A stretch of 56,325 bases of DNA, filler included, from Sphacelaria rigidula (taxonomy: Eukaryota): NCBI GenBank assembly GCA_964200075.2. It is 6 parts of 6 records of this genome, joined end to end, with 100 filler letters (N's around TTAATTAATTAA, not from the genome) between each part and the next. Parts side by side here need not be neighbours in the genome. Positions count along the whole stretch, not along the records: positions 47,023 to 56,325 come from CAXNAA020008800.1; 5 more parts are not named here. One strand, given 5' to 3'. Of this stretch, positions 50,151 to 56,325 are shown in pieces; the stretch's first letter is position 1, and each line of letters opens with the position of its first letter. The position numbers were made by a program, and so were the translations under genes. Below the pieces are notes generated by a model. The model had not been told where the DNA came from. It was given only the letters and a program-made list of their open reading frames with translations, and did not search any database.

Positions 50151-53100
50151 TAGTTCACCACGGTTTACCACTGTTGTAGGGTTCTGTATTGCACTTTCGT
50201 TACTGCAGTCTGTATCCCACGCTGCAGAGCACTACAGCACTACAATGTCCTGTTGTGCACCCTGGTGGATTGAGGTACAGCAGGTGCAGTGAAGAAGCGT
50301 AGTGTACGGTGCGTACAGTGCCGCAGTGTACGGTAAAGTCAGTGTTGTGCTGGCCTACAGATAGCGACAGATGTTAAAAAACTCTTATTTGGAGCGAGGC
50401 CCGGGTTCTTATTTCCTCTCCGATTGCTGCAGAAATGCTCAAATCCAAATTCTTATCGTTCGAAGAGGTGCGAAACGCCAAATGCCTGATTTTGAATTTC
50501 TTATTTTGCACAGGCATCCAATACGGCATTTCTTTTCCTTGAGCGCTTGTCAAGAATCATGTTTGGCACATTGCATCCATCACGCATACTGCGTTCCACC
50601 AGATTTTCATTATATGACGAAGCTCTCTAGGACTGTAGGGGTGAATTTCATGTTGACCACCGCCGACGACTACAAAACTACTGTAGCACTGTTGTAGTAC
50701 TGTAGCCAGAAGAGCCACCCAGTCGACATGGTCTATATTACACACGTTGGGCGTTAATACTCTCCCCCTGCTACTGACTGCCGGTTTTTTCGGGCCTGTT
50801 TCTGGATCTCCGCGCTGGCTGTTCTGCAGATTCTTACCCGTCGACCCTTTTGCAACTCCCCAGTTTCTAATTCTTATTTTCCCCTTTGGGTTCAGCACAG
50901 ATGCTTACCCGTAAATTCTTATTAAAACAAAAACGAGGCTGAGATTCTTAACTATGCAATTCTTAACATCTGACGCTATCCGTGTGCACTTTCGAACTGG
51001 ACGCTGGTCGATCGTATATCTGTCGGGGCAACCTGCGGCCCATCACTGCGACAAAAAAAGTCACGTCAAGCCACGTCACACCAGCTTCCGCTATGAACTT
51101 TTTAACGTCCACTCTGAAGTTTCGAAGCTTCCACTCTGCTGCACTCTGACTCTATGAAAAAAAAAAACATATTCCGAAACTCTCTGTGTATCACCACGCT
51201 GCACATCCCGGTCGGGAGTAACTGTTGCCATGCCAAAATGAAGAGAAAAAAAGTGGTTCTCGGCATCTGATTCGCGGGTGGCGAGGAGGTAGCAGCCCCT
51301 CTCATATCCTGAATCCCTCAAGTTTATCTTCGGTGACGAACGGAAATAATCCGAAGCAAACCAATAATCACAGTCGTGTGCATCCTGCGCTCCGTTGTGA
51401 TGTGCGCTGCTCGATCAGTACTGTATGCCTGTATTTGCGTCCTACATCCACTTCTTCCTCGCCTGCCCCCCGTGGTCCCGCAGTCCAGCCTGCAACGCGC
51501 CAGCACGTCAGCGCTTTTTCGAATTGGGAGCATGAGCAGCACGTGAGGCGCGCAGGAAAAGTCATTATCCGATACTGCCCGCTACTGCAATGTGATACGA
51601 GTATGATACATACATACTAATTAATTTATTTAACTTAATTCAAGACTGTAAGAGGATGGATGTTGGGGTGGATTATTAATTTTTAGGGAAAAGGAAACAC
51701 AAAATGGATAAGATATGAAATTTTCTCCAGTACATGGAAACACACTGTGGGGGTGGGAAAGTGCGTGCATTTTACGCGCCTGAGGGCGGAAATGTGCGAA
51801 TTATGCGAATCGAATAGTAAGCATGCGAGGGCGGGGCGTACCGCTGGGACGCTCGTGCCTTTAGAAATGGTGTTCATGGAGAGAGTAATGGACTCACAAC
51901 AAAAGTGTTTTGTCGCAAATTTGAACTGCATGTATCCATTTGTCGCTATTTCGGCCCTGGTACACGGCGGTGTCTATGGCGCCTGCACCGACCCCCCCCG
52001 TTATCGTTGATGGTGGCAACGACGACGTTGTTCCCATTCATGTACGTACGGGTGTTGCTGTGCCTGCTGCTGTGCCTGTCGCTGGTGCTATGTCTGCACC
52101 CGATACTGCAGACACGGTAGCGGTTACCACAGCAGGCGCAGGAATAGATGTAACCGCTCCCAAACCAACAACGGGAATGATGGGCACATTGTTGACCCTT
52201 TTGATCACCCGGGCGGGTCATGACATGAATAAGCATTATTTTCACTTGAATAATGAACCGAAGACCCAGATGACACACCCTAGCGATCGAATGGCTGAAC
52301 CCTATGCCTCGTGGCAGTGAGGCGGTCGCCTACTTGTTCGTCACTAGAAACAACTTCATTTCATGTGACTTCGATCGCGGCCATACTGCTTGTACTTTGC
52401 AGCAAGAATCAATCGGCAGAGAGAATATATCGGCGTGTCCTTTTTCTCCAAGGTTGGTGCGACAACACCGCGGGCTCGTGTCAACTTTTGCGTTCCACGT
52501 TGCGTTCCGTTTGGCAGGGCACCACAATGTTACGGCTTTTTTATGGCACATGTTCAGACCATACTACGTAAACGTTTCCGGTTCAATATTGCAGCCAATC
52601 GTCAATGAACATATATTGGCGCACAGTGTGCAAGCAAGCATGGCCGCTCCCCGTTCTGCGGCCGGTTGGTACGTTCGTAAACCACGGTACTGCGTGATCG
52701 GTAGATTGATCGATTGATCGACTGTCGTACATGAAGTGATCATTATCCACAAGAGGGACCCAACTGTGGTCGCTATCCACAAGACAGACGTGCCCATGGT
52801 GAACAAAATGGAACTGCTCGTCAATGAAAAAAGAAAAGCGAAAGTAGAAATAGAAACAAGATAAAAACAACCGGAGTAAACTGAAGAGCGATTGTCGTCC
52901 TACATGTCGTTCAACTTAGCTGTATATTGACACCGCGTATCGGCATTTCGCTCTCTCGTCACATGATCCCGAGAGAGCACGGCTGGAAGGGGGTACCGCC
53001 CAGAGCAAGCAAGCAGGGTTTGCCTTTACTATTGTAGCATAACATATTAACTCGTTGACAGCCAACTTCATCTCAAGAAAGTATCGCCAGGGTTTTGCCA

Positions 53101-53960
53101 TGGGGGAGGGGGGGGACCTTTTCCCCTCAGAAAGTGTGCGATTTTCTAAAGGAAGCCGATCAGTATGTTATCTCCCTCCACTGCAGACAAACAGTCAACT
53201 GTACTGTACGCTGTTTCCAAGGGCACCTTAAAATCAAGTATGGGTGTCAAAAGTTCCACATATGCAAAGAGTCCGTCGTCTCTAGTCATGCGACTCGAGC
53301 CACACGGGTCATGATGCAAAAATTACGACGAGTCTACGTCCAGCCATGCTTGCCATGTCGGGAAAATGAGGCCGAATTTGAATCGACTCATGCTGCAAAT
53401 AAATCGCTTGCGCGAGCGTAAGACTACGCGCGGCACAGGGAGAGGTCAGGCGGATTTCCTGCTACTGCTGGAGCCTGCTGTCGTAGTCCGATTGCCGACG
53501 GGCACTCGGAAACTCGGCATATTCTCGATATTTTATTTTAAGCCTCTGAGTGACCCCCGGGCTTGGTTACTCAGTCTTTTGGGCTCTCGATCCTGTGTCA
53601 TTCCGTCTATCTAGGCTATGGGGAATGTAACACGGACACGCTAGAGTACCTCAGGCCCTCCCGCGGATACCGTTGGTGGACCAGCATTCGTCTGTCACTG
53701 GTTCGTGTCTCCCTTGTTTTGCGCGTGTGTACAGTTAATGAATCATTCAGGTTCTTGAATCTGTCTCACCGAAGTTTAAGTCATGTCGGACCAAGCCCAC
53801 GACTGACTCACCGAGTGCGCGTTTCACGATGAAGACTCGTGCGTCGTCGGGCGTTTGCATAGTTTGGTATTTCCGCTCCGCCAGGGCGGAGAGAGAGGGG
53901 GAGGGTGGGCGACCGTGACTCCAATCGGTATCTTCTTTCGATCGCACACTGCTCACGCAG

Positions 53961-54050
53961 GTGGCTGGGGTATTCACCAACTTGTTCGGCGGTTTGGCTG
54001 GGAACAAGTACGGACTGCGATGCACTCTTCTCTCGTCACTCTTTCTACAG
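53961..54050 (+). CDS. arsJ: ArsJ-like organoarsenical efflux MFS transporter, exon a
   Basis: CGCAG|GTG...CAG|GTCAGT; encodes VAGVFTNLFGGLAGNKYGLRCTLLSSLFLQ. Confidence 0.88.
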
Positions 54051-54533
54051 GTCAGTCCTTCTTTCCGAGATGGAGTCTTCATTCCTCGTTTACTCTATGC
54101 ATGTAACAGTGCTGCGTATATACCGATAGGTCGGGCTTGCAACCACACACGTGTGGAAGGTGTATGTTAACAGCGCCACATTCTGATCGATTGACGTCGA
54201 TTAACTCTAGCTGGTGAATGGCTCTCCAAACGCCCCCCCCCTCCCCCCCTCCCTCCCCCTTATGGTCTCTTATGGTGTCATGACTATGGCATGCATGGCC
54301 ATGAGTACACCCTCCCCCTCATGGAGGGCCGACGCCAAAAACGACCGGTAACATGCGCTCACCCGTAGACTATCTGTGTCACACCTGTACGGCCACGCCA
54401 TAACACACGGAGAGGTGAGGAATACCTCATACAAGCAAACTTTGTGACCACGCTGAGGCCACCGCCGCTCCAAGGACCGGAATTCGCACACAAAACACCG
54501 ATCGAACCCCTTACTGCCGTTTGTTTTGCGCAG

Positions 54534-54662
54534 ATAGCGTGCCTGGTGGGGTTGACGCAACTGGAAAGGGCAACGGGAAACCTGGACAATGCCGCCGGCA
54601 CGACCCGGTTGGAGGCAACGATCTACATCACCGCGTGGCAAGCGTTGGCCGGTGTCGCGAAG
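54534..54662 (+). CDS. arsJ: ArsJ-like MFS transporter, exon b
   Basis: GCGCAG|ATA...AAG|GTGATT; encodes IACLVGLTQLERATGNLDNAAGTTRLEATIYITAWQALAGVAK. Confidence 0.88.
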
Positions 54663-54850
54663 GTGATTATAGACGCAACAAACCGCGGGGTCACGAACAC
54701 GCTCCTCCGACCTCAAGCCAATCCGGGGCTTGCATCGGCCATTCGGTCGCGTGACTAGATCATGATATCGTCTCCATTCTCTCTAACCGTCGTTTTTCTA
54801 CCCGCGTCCTGTGACACGCGCGGGCTCCCCCCCCACGATAACGTATGCAG

Positions 54851-54966
54851 GACCTCATGAAGATAACGGGGAAGAGCACCCCCAAGCTGGTCACGAAGAA
54901 GGGGGCAGAGGGACGACTGTTCCAGCTCGTGGCCTGGCTGACGGGCATGAAGAACGCACTGAAGGG
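54851..54966 (+). CDS. arsJ: ArsJ-like MFS transporter, exon c
   Basis: TGCAG|GAC...AAG GG|GTACGT; encodes DLMKITGKSTPKLVTKKGAEGRLFQLVAWLTGMKNALKG. Absent from the ORF track. Confidence 0.92.
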
Positions 54967-55951
54967 GTACGTCCTGTCCGAATAATCGAATAGTGGATAT
55001 CTGATTGCGCTCTTGGGTCTCTGCTGTGTAGTATCCCATTTTTGTGAAGCGGCTTCCCCGCTGGATACGTTTTCCCGACTACTTTTGAACGGTGGAATAA
55101 TTGCCTCACATTAGCTGATACGCCGCGAACCCAGTCGGGATCACGAGATAGGAATACTGAAGGTAAATGACTGAGAAAAGTCGTTGTGTCGTATCGATTT
55201 TCTTGTCATCTTTCACGACGGATGGAACACAGTTACAGTGAAATAAAAAGGTGGCGTACGGACGTCCAAAATTCAGTTTTTTGATTGCTGAAGGTTGACA
55301 TATCGAGCAGTTTTTTCGCTGTGGAATCATGTGTCCAAAAGCACATGCCGTCGCAGCTGCAGTAACTATTCGCGTTAGACAGCGTGTATGTACAACCTTA
55401 TTGTGACAAAGCAGGACGAGTGCATTTACACATCCTATCATTTTTCTACAGCTAGAAAACGAACACAATGACCCCTTGCGGCGAATATATCGTTTTCGGT
55501 GCACCTGGTGTCACGTTGGAATTTGGTCAACGAAGAGTAAATACCACCGTCCTTTTCCACGTGTATGGGTAGACCGCACGCGCGTTTTGCTTACATAGTA
55601 CTGTAAGCGTTTTTATTTTGTAACCGCCGCTCTTCTGAAATTAGCCAGGCATTGTGGAGGGCGTTTTCAAAGACGTGCCGCCGACAGAACCGAGTGACAG
55701 AAAAAGGGGTTGAAATCGAAACTCTCAGACGGTTCACAGCGTCAATTCCGAAAAATAAAACTGATGAGAACACATTGATTTGTAACAAATATCAGAATTC
55801 TCACGGTGACAACCCGCCAATACCCCCACAGAAGAAATACAGAGGAAAATATATGACCTCTCAGGCATCAAGAACGGCTGAATTTAGAAGTCGCAGTATG
55901 TGCCTTCACCCCGAACCCTCCATTTACTTTGTCTTATCCCGAATGTTGCAG

Positions 55952-56068
55952 ACTTGGCACCTTCCTGGGGTCGTTGTTGGTGGATGTGATTGGCTACGAG
56001 TGGAGCCTCGTGGTTCTCGTCGTGATTTGCGTCATTTTCGTCCCTGTTGGGATGTTTGGCATGGACAG
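55952..56068 (+). CDS. arsJ: ArsJ-like MFS transporter, exon d
   Basis: TTGCAG|A CTT...GAC AG|GTGAGC; phase 2 matches exon c; encodes LGTFLGSLLVDVIGYEWSLVVLVVICVIFVPVGMFGMD. Confidence 0.88.
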
Positions 56069-56104
56069 GTGAGCGGTCATTTCACAGTGTCCCGTGTACT
56101 GCGT

Positions 56105-56240
56105 ACGTCAACGAAAAGGCGAAGAAAAACTCCTGTGTTCGCCTTACTGCTGTGTGACCCCGGCTGCTACGCCCAGATATACCAAAACGTGTAGACTGGC
56201 GTCCAAAATAGATGGGATGACAAGACACAACACTCACACG
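56105..56240 (+). mobile_element. 3' tail fragment of the tRNA-derived SINE family
   Basis: CCTGTGT...GTGACCCCGGCTG...GCCCAGATATACC...GTGTAGAC...ACAACACTCACAC, similar to 24450-24560. Confidence 0.7.
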
Positions 56241-56325
56241 GAACTCGAGAGTGCAGTAAAGGGATACCATACGAGCTGGGCCAGCCTAGAGGCGGATTTG
56301 AAGTTTGCAGGCCCATGCTCTTTTA

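Overview
Eukaryotic, intron-rich and transposon-dense DNA; a brown alga or related stramenopile is my inference from short GT-AG exons in long introns and the gene content. The window is not one locus. It is six size-sorted scaffolds (9305, 9305, 9304, 9304, 9304 and 9303 bp) joined by 100-bp N44-TTAATTAATTAA-N44 spacers, so adjacency across spacers is uninformative. Host-gene exons recovered by manual splicing: four in-phase exons of an ArsJ-like organoarsenical-efflux MFS transporter (53961-56068, +); three in-phase exons of a USP4/11/15-type deubiquitinase (20730-26161, +); the first exon of a membrane-anchored tyrosinase-like protein (31469-30426, -); the last exon of argJ (37268-37107, -); and an unidentified exon pair (37876-38756, +). 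Mobile DNA: a complete 5.7-kb TA-flanked TIR transposon with a decayed IS630-Tc1-mariner-type transposase (very long D2-E spacer) plus a small spliced AP2/arm-type-like ORF, and its ~1-kb non-autonomous relatives. Also present are piggyBac-like non-autonomous elements reciprocally nested with a tRNA-Gln-derived SINE, a Stowaway-like MITE, hAT-like MITEs and a decayed chromodomain Ty3/Gypsy element. All identifications come from motif recognition by eye; no database search was run.
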